A stretch of DNA of 63,679 nt, counting the filler, from Choristocarpus tenellus KU-1152 (Eukaryota > Protista > Phaeophyceae): assembly GCA_964200185.2 (NCBI GenBank). It is 12 parts of 12 records of this genome, joined end to end, with 100 filler letters (N's around TTAATTAATTAA, not from the genome) between each part and the next. Parts side by side here need not be neighbours in the genome. Positions count along the whole stretch, not along the records: positions 11,085 to 16,641 come from CAXNAD020010436.1; positions 16,742 to 20,478 come from CAXNAD020018226.1; positions 20,579 to 26,271 come from CAXNAD020009987.1; 9 more parts are not named here. One strand, written 5' to 3'. A model generated the notes under the pieces. It ran no database searches, was not told the origin of the DNA, and saw nothing but the letters and a program-made list of their open reading frames with translations. Both the position numbers and the translations under genes were made by a program. Positions 11,085-23,794 of this stretch are shown piece after piece. Position 1 is the first letter of the stretch; each line of letters opens with the position of its first letter.

Positions 11085-14000
11085 GGGAAGGATGTAGATG
11101 TAGATGAGTTGGTAGAGAAGTTGGAAGGGGAGGATGGAGAGGGGAGAGGAGGGACAGAGGGAGAGGAGGGGGTGCTGAGGGGGAGGTCGTCATTGCTACT
11201 GACGCTAGAGGATGATAATGATAATGATGGGGTGAGTAATGATAATGATGGTAATAAGAATAATAAAAGGGTTAGGGTTAGGGTTAGGGTTAGTCATTGA
11301 GTATGACCAAAAAAACAAGCAAACCTGTGTGGGGTGGTGAGGAGATACAATAGAATAATTCATAGTTGGTACTTCAATTGTTTCATGATTTGGTGATCAT
11401 TAGGGTATTGTTCATTAGGAGGTACAGAGGGTGAAGTAGTGTTCCAGATAAACTAGAGATCGTTGCAAGACTACTACTACTACTGTCATACCCCTACCAT
11501 TACCTCTTTTTATTACTCCTAGTTTTTTTTTCTATTTTTGGAGTTTGTAGTGTATTTGGCACCACCCCACCTAATTACTCCTTGTTCCGTTACACCTACC
11601 TTCTTTTTGCCCTCCTTGTCCTCAGGTAGTTATCATTAGGGTTAGGGTGGTGTGAGTGTTTGTCCTAGATGTATCTTGCTTGTTGTACTATTGATGATTA
11701 ATAGGAAGTTAAATGTATAATCAATTGTTAGGAAGTTGTGGCACAAATGTCTGTTGCTTGTCAGTACCCCTTCTCCCTACAGAGGGTTAGGGTTAGGGTT
11801 AGGGTCAGAGAGTCACCCTTCGCAAAGGATTTTTTTTTGTTTATTACGATAAATGGGGTTTTTATATTTTTTATATTTTTTCAGAATATGATGAGTTGCA
11901 ACTGTGTAGGTGTAATCTTACCATGTTTGTAACAATAGTACACCAACAATATCCGTTGTAGTGATTACATATCTCATGCTATCAAGGATGGCATTGTAGT
12001 GAGGACTCAAGAAAGTGCAGTGGAATTTGTAACAGAAGGTGGAATGGGAATGTTGGAGACAGGTGTGGTGCAGTCAGGGGTTAGGGTTAGGGTTAGGGTT
12101 AGGGTGGTGTGTACCACTGAAGGTATAAGGTGTAAGGTTAGCACATCATACCGTTGTCGGTTTCTGTTTGCAGTCAGTAGTCGTAACGTGTCTCCAACAA
12201 TACCCTAACCCTACTGTATTTATTCATTCTACAGTACGACATCCATGGATGATGAAGAATAGTTTTTGAATTTAAATTTAAATTAAAGGGGACGTCGGCT
12301 GGTGCTGAGTCGCAAGTATCATGAAGGAAGTTTGTATGATGTATCTGGACGTTGAGCCAGGAAAGGTCCAGGAATTTTCTTGCTTGTGTCCTGTGTGCGA
12401 TTGTCTAGTCGACTGTCTGTGCCCCCCCCCCTCCCCACTATACCTCTTTTTGACAGTGTACCTTTTACTTACATGGTGTTGAGATATATCCAACAGGTTA
12501 AACTCAGACAACCCCATCCCCCCTGCCCCGCCCCCTCCATGCATTTTGGTTTGTTTTGTCTGTTTTTCTTGATTAGGGAGAGTTGCAATGGTGTCACCTC
12601 CAAGAAGATGACAAAGTGGAACAACTTTGTGCCAATGCCTCTTGGAAGTTTCCAAGAAAGTTCCTCTGGGCTGAGACACCTATGCTGGCCAAAGAGCACA
12701 ATCTTTGTGCCACAGGGCCAGCCCTCAAAGAAGCACTGAACCGTTACCCTGGTCTGGGCAGGTCAGCAAACAGGATACTTTTAGAAAAAATAATTTTCCA
12801 ATGTATTTCACCATATTCTTTGCACGTTGTATTAGTAGTAGCATCAATGATGGATTTCAAAGTAATTAATGTTCTGAAATATTTCTGTTCCCGTTTTTAT
12901 ATATTATTTTTTATTTGTAGTGCTCTCGTTATCTTTCTAATATGTACTAGTGTACACTTTTGTATTTTGTCCCGATATGTACCGACCAATCAAATTTAAA
13001 CGTACGTAGAGTTTGCCTCCTATTTTATTTCTATTTTTAAAATTAATATGCAAGAATAAAATAGTATGCAGTTCTTGGAGTGGTACCAACAGTACTGTAC
13101 TGTACCAGTACATTGCATGTCCAAAATACCACTACATCAGACAGTGCATAAGTAACTCAAAATATAAAAAAAAAAATATTTGAAACATATTTTTTTAAAT
13201 AGGTAGACAGTTGGGTGAAAATGGAAAGGTGATGTAACTGGACCTTCACCTGTTCATACCGGGCATAACCATTGGAGGGCACCATAGTGTTTGTTGTCCC
13301 TGATGCCACTACTACAACAACAATAATAGTAACAATAATAATGATAATAGTATCAATAATAATAATAAAGTATTGTACGCCTTCGTTTGTAGTTGAATGA
13401 GAGTATCGAGATAAATAACTAACTAATTAACTTGTGTGTGTCTCTTGCCCTACGCCTTCATCTTCCTTTTGCTGTATAAATAATAATAATATTAATTATT
13501 ATTATTATTATTTTAGGTTTCTGGAGCACTTCCGAGTGCTGGCGAGGATGACACCAGATCTCAAAGAAGAGGTGGCAGCCGCACTCATTGAGTCTGGTCG
13601 CACTGTTTTAATGTATGTTGGCATTATTATTATTGTTATTATTATTGTTATTGTTAATGTTAATGTGAATGTTCTTGTCATTTATTTGTTGTGTTGTTGC
13701 GTTTGGAGTACATGTCGACATGTTTGTGCTTGTCTATGTGAGTTCTACTTACGTATTGTATTGTGGATACTTGTCTATGTATTTTGGTAGAAGTTAAATT
13801 GCATCCAATAGGAAGTATCAATGTACTCTACACAGCGGTTACAATCATAAATTAACCCTAACCCTAACCCTAACCCTAGGCATGCAGGGTGTATTTGATT
13901 CAGTCATTTGCGCATAAATAGCAACTTTTGATTTTGTCACAGGACTGGTAATAATAATAATAATAATAATATATTTGTTTGTTACCTATTGATAGCTCTC

Positions 14001-16633
14001 ATGTTAGTGCTGTGTGGTGCAATTGGGGTCTTAGTTTACCATAGAGGAAGTTACAGGTAAGACAAGAAGAGGTTTGGTGCTGAAGTCATCTTCAAAGCTA
14101 TTGTGGCTTCTCCTACACCATGCACCTTCTTTATTGTTTGATTATTGGATTATTAGATGTCACTGTTGTCACTATTCATAAATGACTATTGATATGTTCA
14201 TTTGAAAACAATAGCAACGCCCTCGTGTTTGGTGCAGTAGTGCAGTAATGATAATATATTTTTTTATATTTATATTTATATTTGTATTTGTATTTGTATT
14301 TATATTTATAATTATATTTATATTTATATTTATATTTATAATTATATTTGTATTTATATTTGTATTTATAATTATATTTGTATTTATATTTATATTTATA
14401 TTTATAACTATATTTGTATTTGTATTTATATTTGTATTTGTATTTATAATTATGTTTGTATTTATATTTATATTTGTATTTATAATTATATTTATATTTA
14501 TATTTATATTTATATTTATAACAGATGCGGTGTGATGTATTTGAGATGCGACTGTGGTGTGTATTTGTACCATTCGTTGCAATGAAGGGTTAGGGCTAGG
14601 GCACTAACTGACTTTCTGTACTTTTGAAATAATATTGGTGCTGTTGCACACGCCTCCTTGATTGTGGTAAATTTGTCTGATTGCTCCTTGATTGCCACCA
14701 GGGAGGGTCTACACGTCTCCCAAGCCTTTTGTTGTGAGGCTGGCTGCACATAGTCAAACATCCGTATCATCATGGAGAGGCGTTGGGGTTAGGGTTAGGG
14801 TTACTTGTGGTACAAATTGTTGGAAATATTCGATTTACATTAGGGTTAGGGTTAGTTAGGGTTACTTGTGGTGCAAATTGTTTGAAATATTCGATTTACA
14901 TTAGGGTTAGGGTTAGGGTTACTTGTGGTACAAATTGTTTGAAATATTCGATTTACATTATCTTGTGTGCTTGTGATGAAGTGTTTGTGTTTATGTTCAT
15001 CTTTGAATGAAAATAGAGTAATATTTACAGTACTACAGCAGATGAACTGCAATCTACCTGTTGGTTCGGCCAATCAATGTCTACGATTCTGCAAATAGTA
15101 ACAATCAACAAGATATTTCCAAGATATTTCCAAGATATTTCCTATGTGGATACCAGTCGATTCTACCTACCCTGTTTTTCTGTGAGTGTTCTGTGAGTGG
15201 TATTGGACAATTGTTCCAACAAGCATTGGCCACTCTAGCCAATGCCCAACGGCCACCCTAACCTCTACCAACAGGCCCACCAACTATAATAGCACTGACA
15301 GCAACAATAGCAATAGGCAAACTATGCAACTAGTGAATTCTGACAGGCTGTAGTAGTGAATTCCGACAGACCCCATTGAAATGACCGCTTGAGGTTGTTG
15401 AAGTTACACTCTTTTCTTTTCCTTGAAATGTTTATTTTATTTTATATATATATATTTATTTTTTTATTCAGGTGCGGTGATGGGTCCAATGATGTCGGTG
15501 CTCTGAAAAAGTCTCATGTGGGACTGGCTCTTCTCTCAGGCTTTGGTGATGTCAATACTGACACTCCCAGTGGCAAGTCCAATGTCAAGTCTGGTGACAA
15601 GGACAGTAGCTTTGGGATAGGGGGTAAGGAGAAGGCGGAGGAGGAGGAGGAACAGAGTGGGCCTGGTCTGAAGAAGAAGAGTGCAAAGGAGATCAGGGAT
15701 GCCGCGAAGACTCTGCTACAGGTATTATTATTATTATTATTATTGCATAGTATATTTATTATTGTTATTATTATTGCATAGCATATTTATTATTGTTATT
15801 ATTATTGTTGATTTATTTCCTCTCCTGTGGTTAGGGTGTGGGATGGATTAGAGTTTTAAGGGTTAGGGTTAGGGTTATAGTATAGTATTGCTGCTAACTT
15901 TTTTGTAGTGGGTATCACATCCCCTGTTGATTGGGTACTATCTTACCCTCCCCTTCCCGGTCGAATATGTTACTGTCAACATCTGTCAAGATTAACTGTC
16001 AACATCGCTATTTGTGGTGTATAATATGTTTACATATACATATATGTGTATGTATATGTATAATATGTTTACATATACATATATGTGTATGTATATGTAT
16101 AATATGTGCATGATCGGACACCTTTGAAGTACATTACATATGTTTTTTATATGTCATTGTAGTGCACTCAGTATGTACTTAGAGAAATATTGTATGTCAT
16201 ATGTGTAGTATTGTTGGTACCTTTTACTATATATATATATTAGCAAGACAGGTATGACAAGAACAATCATTGGCACACACAAACACACTCACCAAACTAC
16301 CAACACATTCAAAAATTTAAATTGAGGACCTTACTAGTGACTAATTGCTAATCAGTTCAACTACACTAATGGTGTGACTGTCAGCGGGAACTAGAGGAGT
16401 TGATGCAGGATCACAAAAGTAAAGGAGAGCTTCCTCCTATAAAATCGGTGTTCCAAGTTATCAAGGCCAGTAACCACCGTGAAGCAGATGCCCGAAAGAG
16501 ACGCAAGAGCTTTGGGGGATCAGCAGCAGCCTTGTTTGGGGGAGTGGGGATTGAGTCAGGGACTGGTGGGGGGGGGGGGGGGGGGGGGGGGCTCTGGGTT
16601 GGGGGGGGGGGGGGGGGGGGGACATTGAATGGG
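11085..16633 (+). CDS. P5A-type P-type ATPase (ATP13A1/Spf1-like), internal partial gene
   Basis: Exons 11085-11231, 12577-12761, 13517-13612, 15472-15721 and 16385-16633 splice in frame to [10 protein letters not shown]..|[21 protein letters not shown]|[23 protein letters not shown]. This is the P-domain GDGxND hinge in a P5A-typical context. Confidence 0.92.
14255..14520. repeat. AT-rich hexanucleotide microsatellite (TTTATA/TTTGTA)n in an intron
   Basis: Directly visible. It produces the spurious poly-IN and poly-IF ORFs. Confidence 0.95.
14786..14960 (+). repeat. Three-copy minisatellite of about 60 bp containing TTAGGG units
   Basis: (TTAGGG)2-3-TTACTTGTGGTRCAAATTGTTKGAAATATTCGATTTACA repeated three times. 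Confidence 0.9.
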
Positions 16634-16741
16634 GTGAGTGGNNNNNNNNNNNNNNNNNNNNNNNNNNNNNNNNNNNNNNNNNNNNTTAATTAATTAANNN
16701 NNNNNNNNNNNNNNNNNNNNNNNNNNNNNNNNNNNNNNNNN

Positions 16742-17020
16742 AGTTGAGGAGCCAGGCCACCTGCTTGTCCTCCATCTCGCTGAGGTGTGTAGCTAAAGCT
16801 CGTGTCCCAGAGCTCTCTATCACCTCCGCCATGTGAGCTCGAATGAAATCATCTGTTCCTACTGGAGCGCCTAGAGTGACAAAACCACTGGGGTTCGGGG
16901 CTAGGTTGATTCCTGTTGTGGAAAGGAGCTCTAGTTCCGAGGGCGTGGGTTGGTGTCCCTGGGGAGGTACCGCAAAGAGATATCCACTTCTTGTAGGATT
17001 GTTACCTTGAAGAGATTTCA
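16742..17020 (-). mobile_element. CRE-like non-LTR retrotransposon fragment (end of RT)
   Basis: GFVTLGAPVGTDDFIRAHMAEVI..HLSEMEDKQVAWLLN, nearly identical to 18170-18262. Confidence 0.8.
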
Positions 17021-17439
17021 CGCCTCAATCTCACGAAAGTTCTACTGGAATTAATTGGGGATTCCTCACAAGGAACCTTAATCGGTAGGACGGTATATGA
17101 TATACAGCAATATCGGTACGATACTTGTAGTGAAGATGTGTGAAGGTAAAAGTTTTCTCTATTATGTGAATAGATCACTATTCACATAATAGAGAAAACT
17201 TTTATTTCTTGAGGGCTAATAACGGCCTATATATAGTTTTGATTGGTTTCCACCCTGACACACCTGCAAAATGTCAGAGGGCATAATAATAAAAATAATA
17301 GAGAAAAACATCGATGTACTATTTTACTATAGCGTATTAGTAGTTTCGCACTGACAGTTTCGGACCTGGCCATCGCATATATATGCTGATGCCATCCCGA
17401 GCGTTGTTTGACGGTCTTTCCCGTCGTTCATACACAGGT

Positions 17440-18262
17440 ACAGGGTTCGCAGTGTAAGAGCCATTACTTTCATATTTCCTCCTTGTCCACATTGGCTCCG
17501 GTGGCGTTCCAGGGCTAGGATGGAACTTTCCTTCCCTCTGCTCCACTTCATCAGCTAAGGCAAACCTGTTGTGCCTAGAAAGATTCGACACGGATCCTGT
17601 TTAGGAAACTGGTTATCTCGTGTTGTGCCCTCCTTGTAATCCTGGCATCGTGAGCTGCCAGAGTGTGGACCTTTGAGACCGGTGTGGGGGATGTTATTCC
17701 CCCCCAGATTACCTAGCCTTGGCCAATGATTTCACTAGGTCTTCTGAGGGGACTCCTGTAGAGAGGAGGGTGTGGATGGATGTTCCCGGGACCCGTACTG
17801 TGGGGCTCGTACAAATGGCTAGTGAGAAGGACTCGCCATGAGACCCTTGCTGCCTTGCTAGGAGGGTGAGGAGAGTGGCCACTAGTCATCCTACAAATAC
17901 TGCATGTTGGCGGTGCTTCATAGAGGAGAGGCCGAACCCCCCCGCACTTGTGGGCATCTGTGCCTGTACTTGTTGGTGGGTCTCTAAGCGGAGATACCCA
18001 TTGTCACACACCCCCTTCAAAAATTCCGTCGCCCCTGCCCAGTCTGCTACCTTCATTATCTTCTCCAGTGTCCATAACGAGGTATTGTCTGGTTGCTCCA
18101 TGGTGGAGCGTGCCAGGTGGGGGAGAGTGACCCTAGCCAGATAGCCTAGGCGGGAGGAGAGGGACCAGGAGTTGAGGAGCCAGGCCTCTTGTTTGTCCTC
18201 CATCTTGCTGAGGTGTGTGACCAAAGTTCGTGACCCAGAGCTCTTGATTACCTCGGCCATAT
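17440..18262 (-). mobile_element. CRE-like non-LTR retrotransposon fragment (post-RT region), decayed
   Basis: SSRLGYLARV..QAQMPTSAGGFGLSS. Homologous to 19240-19840 and 53380-53516. Confidence 0.8.
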
Positions 18263-20050
18263 TCAATATATTTTCTTATGCCCTCTGATATTTGGCAGAT
18301 GTATCAGAACGGAAAATCAATGAAAGGCCAATTCAATATCAGAACCCTTGAAAAAGTAACAGTTGTCGTGAATGTAAAAGTTATCTCTCTACGATCTATT
18401 TACTATTTGGCTACCAGCTACGATGCACCACTCCCCTCCTATGCCTCCAACCTAGCTTAGCCCTACACCACAGGATGACGAGCTAGGGGCGCATCCCAAG
18501 AATCTGACAGGCCCCTCCTTGCCCATTTCCCTGGTGTCTCCAGCTTAAAACGCATGAAACGTCTTGATAGAGCAACGTGTGTTGTGACAGACACAATCTG
18601 TCGTGAACTGGATTTGATAGCTCCTTTCCTCCTGTAGCCTCCCGTCCCTCTCCCCCCTACCGCATCTGTATCCAACTCCTCCAGAAACCTTTTTGCTTGC
18701 TTGCGAGGCGCCCAAAATCTTCCTCAGAGAAGGTGTTGAGGTTAAAACTACGAGAATCAAAAGAATCCTCATAGTGGGTGCCCTTTTGCGCCTCAGCTGC
18801 AGCAGGAGCTACATCATTGCTGGTGGATGCGTGTGTCTGATGAGAGGCTGTTTGCAATTCTGTAAACGTAACATCCAGGAGGTGACCTTTATCTCGGTAG
18901 GGAGTTGATCCGGCATCCACAAGTACCCAGCATGGAAGACCAGACCCATGCGGAAATTTCGGTCCACTGTGAATGGGCTACCATCCTCCGTAGTGCACGC
19001 ACAGGATCCATATTTCTTTGCAGAGTTGACCTAGATGCTTTGCCATTGATATGTGTTGGCGGACCTGTCCTCCTCCTGCCCTAGGAGTAGGGCAGGTACG
19101 AGCATGTCTAGTGTCCACATTTTGCCTCCTGCATCCAGCCACTGGTCACCTGTTGGATAGGGCCTCCTCCCTCCCTAGGGATCGACTGGCAGTAAGTCTA
19201 AACTCTGTGGGAGGGATTTGGTGTGCTGGTTTCAAAGGTTGTGTGGGAGGCCCATGCATTTGCCCCTTGTCCACACTAGCTCCGGTGGTGGACCAGGGCT
19301 AACGAAGAACTTTGCCACTCTTGTTCTCCATTGTCTTGTAGGTTGGAAAATTGTGCCAAGAAAGAGTCAAACCGGATCCTGTTCAGGAGGCGAGTAATCT
19401 CGTGTTGTGCCCTCCTTGCGATCCTGGAATCATAAGCTGCCAGAGTGTGGACCTCCGGGACAGGGGTAGAGGTTGATGATCCTTCCAGGCTACCTAGCCT
19501 TGACTATTAATTCCTACCAAGTCTTCCGGAGAGATTCTTGATGAGAGAAGGGTATGGATGGATGATCCTAGTGCCCGAACAGTGGGGGTCTAATACAGAT
19601 GGCCTGTGTGAAAACCTCTCCATGGGGCCCTTGTTGCCTTGCTAGGAGGGTGGGGAAAGTGCCCACTAGCGATCACACAAAAGCTGCATGCTGGGGATGT
19701 TTCATAGAGAACAGGCTCAAGCCCCCCAAACTTGTGGCCATTTATACTTGTACTTGTGGACGTGTTTCCAGGTGAAGATACCCATTATCATACCCCCCAT
19801 TGAAGAAATCAGTGGCTCCAACTGAATCTGCTACCTCCATTGTCTTGCCCGAAGAGTCCACAACGAGTGTTGTCGGCTTGTTCCATAGTAGAGTTCCACT
19901 TCCGAAGGCATGGGATGGTGACCCTGGGGTAGTGCAGCAAAGGTCTTATCCATGTTCAGTGTCATGCCTATTTCGCAGAGGTTCGTCCACACCTGCTGAA
20001 AGGTATCTATACCAGTGGAGTTTAACTCCCTTGTGTAAACGGATGTGTCA
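18263..20050 (-). mobile_element. 5'-truncated CRE-like RLE non-LTR retrotransposon with 3' UTR, decayed
   Basis: GMTLNMDKT (RT), GGLSL, HARTCP..GG (zinc-knuckle region), and LLDVTF..AEAQKGTHY..FGRL (restriction-like endonuclease). The 3' UTR at 18263-18462 resembles 48811-49000. Confidence 0.85.
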
Positions 20051-20578
20051 TCCAGGAACTTAGGGAGGAAACCCCTTAGGTAGGCTGGACCTGCTGTAGA
20101 CCTTTTGGTGTAGCCATACAGCATTGGAGGGGGCCAAGGTATTGTGCGCTTCATCTTGACCGCGTTTTCTTCATCCCTCCCTCGTTCAGAGGAAAAAGAA
20201 GATCATTTATATCTTGGAACCATATTAGAAGAACTACTACTACTAAATACCATTATTAGAAGTACATTTAGCAGTAAAGTGTAAAGAAAACCCCTGAAGT
20301 TTGTAGTATTTAAGAACAAAGAATGCAATCTCCACCTTAAAAATAAATATACTTTCCCCTGCACACACTCACTGGACCTGGGCTGTGCCTCGGCCCTATA
20401 CCTCCGCGCCAGACCCCTACATCCCATCCCGTGCCCCACCTGTCGTACCCCTGCCAGCCCTGAACACTACTACGCTGCNNNNNNNNNNNNNNNNNNNNNN
20501 NNNNNNNNNNNNNNNNNNNNNNTTAATTAATTAANNNNNNNNNNNNNNNNNNNNNNNNNNNNNNNNNNNNNNNNNNNN

Positions 20579-20612
20579 GCAGTCTCCAACTACCCCCCTC
20601 CCCCCCCGCCCT

Positions 20613-20644
<32 letters not shown>

Positions 20645-23475
20645 ATTGATAAATGGAGCCTTGTCTCTTTCATCCCCCTCCAAGTCCAGGCCTCTACTTC
20701 CCTCCCATGCTAGTAACAAGCTCTACTATAAGGTCGCAAAGATTCGGAATGAAAATTGGATCCTTCGTGATAACCACAGCGCTTCTCCTCGTCAATCTTG
20801 ATACAAAAAAGAAATATCCGCCAAAAAAAAAGTAATCAGAGTAAAAATTTCACAGGCTGTACCACTCCAAAATAGCAAAGGTGATTACTACAAACGCGGT
20901 GAGAATCCTGAGTCGAATCTAAGATTCACCCGAGCTAAGCGACACACTAGAAGTATTTCTGAGAAACAGACAGGCGTACGTACGAACACTTGCGAAAAGC
21001 AGGAAAAAAAAACTTTACTCTCCATAAAAATATAAAGGACATTACAGCACTACCACAACACACACCTATGCACACAGAAATTCCAAATCCCTCTACATGC
21101 AACAGGCCAAACAAAAAAGGAGTAAAAAATAAACGCTGCGGTAAAAAGATCTGTATCACAGAAACGCCTTCGAAACAGTGGAAACAATCAACGCCACACC
21201 CCTCGAGATACAAAGGGCAGAACATCAGATTCAAGGGTGGCTTGGGAAAACAATGAACCTAACATTCCATTTCACGCTAAAATTTTATCATGTTGCAAAT
21301 GCCTCCCCGCCGGCGCAGTCATTTCAAGGACAAGCGAGCAGCGAGGCCTGCGTCTCAAAGGACCCCTTTCTTCCACAGTTAAAAAGTAAATAAAAATTAA
21401 ATATTACTAGTATCATAAAAAAAAAAACAGTTGAAATCCATCCTTGAAGAGGAAACAGTAAGCAAATAGTGGAGAGTAGAATGCCTGCACTTTTGTATTC
21501 TCACCGCTCCCTCCCCCTGCCCCAGTGCCACGGCGTCTGCGAGAACTCTTCCCTTTCCTGGATCCAAACGCTCCACTCCTCTCCAGCAGCTCCCTTAGGC
21601 AGACATTGAGCACAAGAGCCATGGCTGCAAGTGTGTGCAGACTCACAAAGGAGGCCAGCTCAAGCTTGTACCATACCTCGACCTCATCCCAGTCCAGGCA
21701 CACCCAGGCCATACTGCATGACAAGCAGGAAAATGGTGGGAGAGGGGGACGGAGTTTGCACAACTTCTTCCAAAACAGCAAATCTCTCAAAGGACAATAC
21801 CCAGCAGTTGAGTTATATTTTCCGAAATGTGAAACATTTGTGTTTAGGAGGACGCTAAAAGACCTAAGAAAGAAACTAAACAATTTTCTTTCATACTACA
21901 CTAAAGAGAAAGAGAAAGGGCATGAACTGTTCCCCTCTCCAGCCAAGACAGTCATTATATTAATCAAGGGTCTTACGATTTCACGCTCACTTCTCTTCTT
22001 TTGTCAACATTGCTACATCACACCCCTCCCTACTCACAACACATAGAAGGGAGCCTTGAACCACCATTTCTGGAGAGCTCTGAAGTTGGCCTTTGCAAAG
22101 GGGGTATCCAGCTCTGCAAGGACCCCTCCCAAGCCAAACATGACAAGGTAGCACCTCACAAGCCTCTCTTGGACTGCATGAAAGGTTAGCAAGGGTGAGA
22201 TTTGGAAAGAGGAGGGTTAGGGGAGTAGGGAGGGCTTCTTAGGAATCTGAATTACTGCAGTTATCAGGCTTTGAAATACCTTAATGGATATTATGGGAGT
22301 GCAGGTAAGGGGTATAACTAAAATGAAGAGGAAACATGCTCAGTGACTCCTGTGGGGAGCCAAACCAGTGCAGATGGACGTATTTAAAGGGGAAGAACTG
22401 ATGTCATCATGTTCCTAGCAGAGAAACAAGATTGTTCTAAATGTTTGGGCTGGTTCCCATTCCCTGCTCCATCCATTTCAGTTGACACATGAAATCAACA
22501 TTCTAGAGGATGAGGTAGGTATTCACGAAGTGGTTTTTCATACCCACAGAGCGCAAAAGGGCAGGGAAGGGCCCTCCTTTACCTGTGATATCTGGTCGCA
22601 TATAGACCACAACCGCGTTGAGCCCAGAGGTGAAGAGGCAGGTCACTACACCCACAGCTTTCAGAGCATAGTACAACCAGGCCACGCACTTCCGAGCCCT
22701 TCGCTTGGCCAGTAGACGTTCCCGCCGATCCTGATTCAAGAAAAATAGGGGCTTAAATACTGTCTAGTGGAACTGGGGAGGTAATACTGGGAAAAATTAA
22801 GAACGCCCCTTATCTGCCAATCCCCATTTTCATTCAAGTTGCAATCCAGATCGATGGGGACGATTGGGTTGACGGTCACGAGGATGTGGTTATTCAGTGC
22901 GAGAAAACTTATGAACCTCAAGAAAGTAAATGGGCTCTGCGGATATGCTCGTTGCCCCGTAGATTTTAAGTTCCCATGGAGAGGAGGCCAACTGGGAACA
23001 CGTATCTCCGAAATTCTAAATGTCTGAACGTATCAATCTTGGTGAAACACACAATCTAGTCTGAACTACCACTTTACTACGATAAGGATAGATCCTTATG
23101 GACCACTTACAAAGTAAGGTGCTGAGCGTGATGCACAACGTACTTTCTCCTTAAATATAATAACCATATGTCTACCCCCATCATAAACCAACACGCATCT
23201 ATCCCCCCAACTCATCAACGTCCAGGTGCTGAGTTACTAAATAGAAAAAGAGAAGTACCCCACCTGATGCATGAACGACAAACCAGTACCTGATAACTCA
23301 CCTCGGCGATTGCTGCACCCACTCCAGCGGCACCCTTGGCCTCCATAAGTAGTCGACGCTCAGATCTCGAAGGTCCACCAGGCCTCGCTGACCTCGAGCC
23401 AGTCATGGAGGGCCGAGGGGGTCGCGAGGACACTCCGCTATCAATCGAAGAAACAACGGAAGAGGTGGACCACAT
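20579..23475 (-). CDS. COPI-associated / TVP15-like multi-pass membrane protein, 3'-partial
   Basis: Approximate exons 23475-23302, 22731-22584, 22173-22037, 21713-21505 and 20710-20579 splice to LYYALKAVGVVTCLFTSGLNAVVVY..|ERLVRCYLVMFGLGGVLAELDTPFAKANFRALQKWWFKAPFYVF|MAWVCL. The R.Y...F...+LAE..F..L..W..+..FY.F pattern is typical of the COPI_assoc family. Confidence 0.7.
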
Positions 23476-23794
23476 AGCGGAACACGTTGCCCCGTCCCCA
23501 CGGACGGGCAAACGCCAAATACACTTCGTTCTTACCTTGATTGAGTAGTGACAATCCCGAAACAGAAAAACCCTGCACCCGTTTTTGTCGTCACGGTTAT
23601 ACCCTTCTTTCGTCCAACTCCATACCAAACAAGGATAGTTGAACCATCACGACCAGGACAAGTGTGGTGAGAGACAGCAACAGCAACAGCGAACACGCAC
23701 CCATACCCAGTGCCGTTCGCGATATATGCAGTTTGATGTCATTCTTTTTTTGCAACTGGGCCTAGCCTCAAGAGCGCTCTCTCTCAGCCGAAGG
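23476..23794. promoter_or_regulatory. Candidate bidirectional promoter (319 bp between divergent start codons)
   Basis: Divergent ATGs at 23475 (-) and 23795 (+). Positional inference only. Confidence 0.5.

Noticed and set aside
12291-12365. Possible ATPase exon with in-frame TGC-TGA (DVGWC*V..), suggesting selenocysteine or readthrough
   Set aside because: Exon 11085-11231 has a perfect GTGAGT donor and joins 12577 in phase, so this stretch is better explained as intron.
14172-14582. Long low-complexity ORFs (poly-IN, poly-IF), and similar ones at 31629-32081
   Set aside because: Translations of microsatellites.
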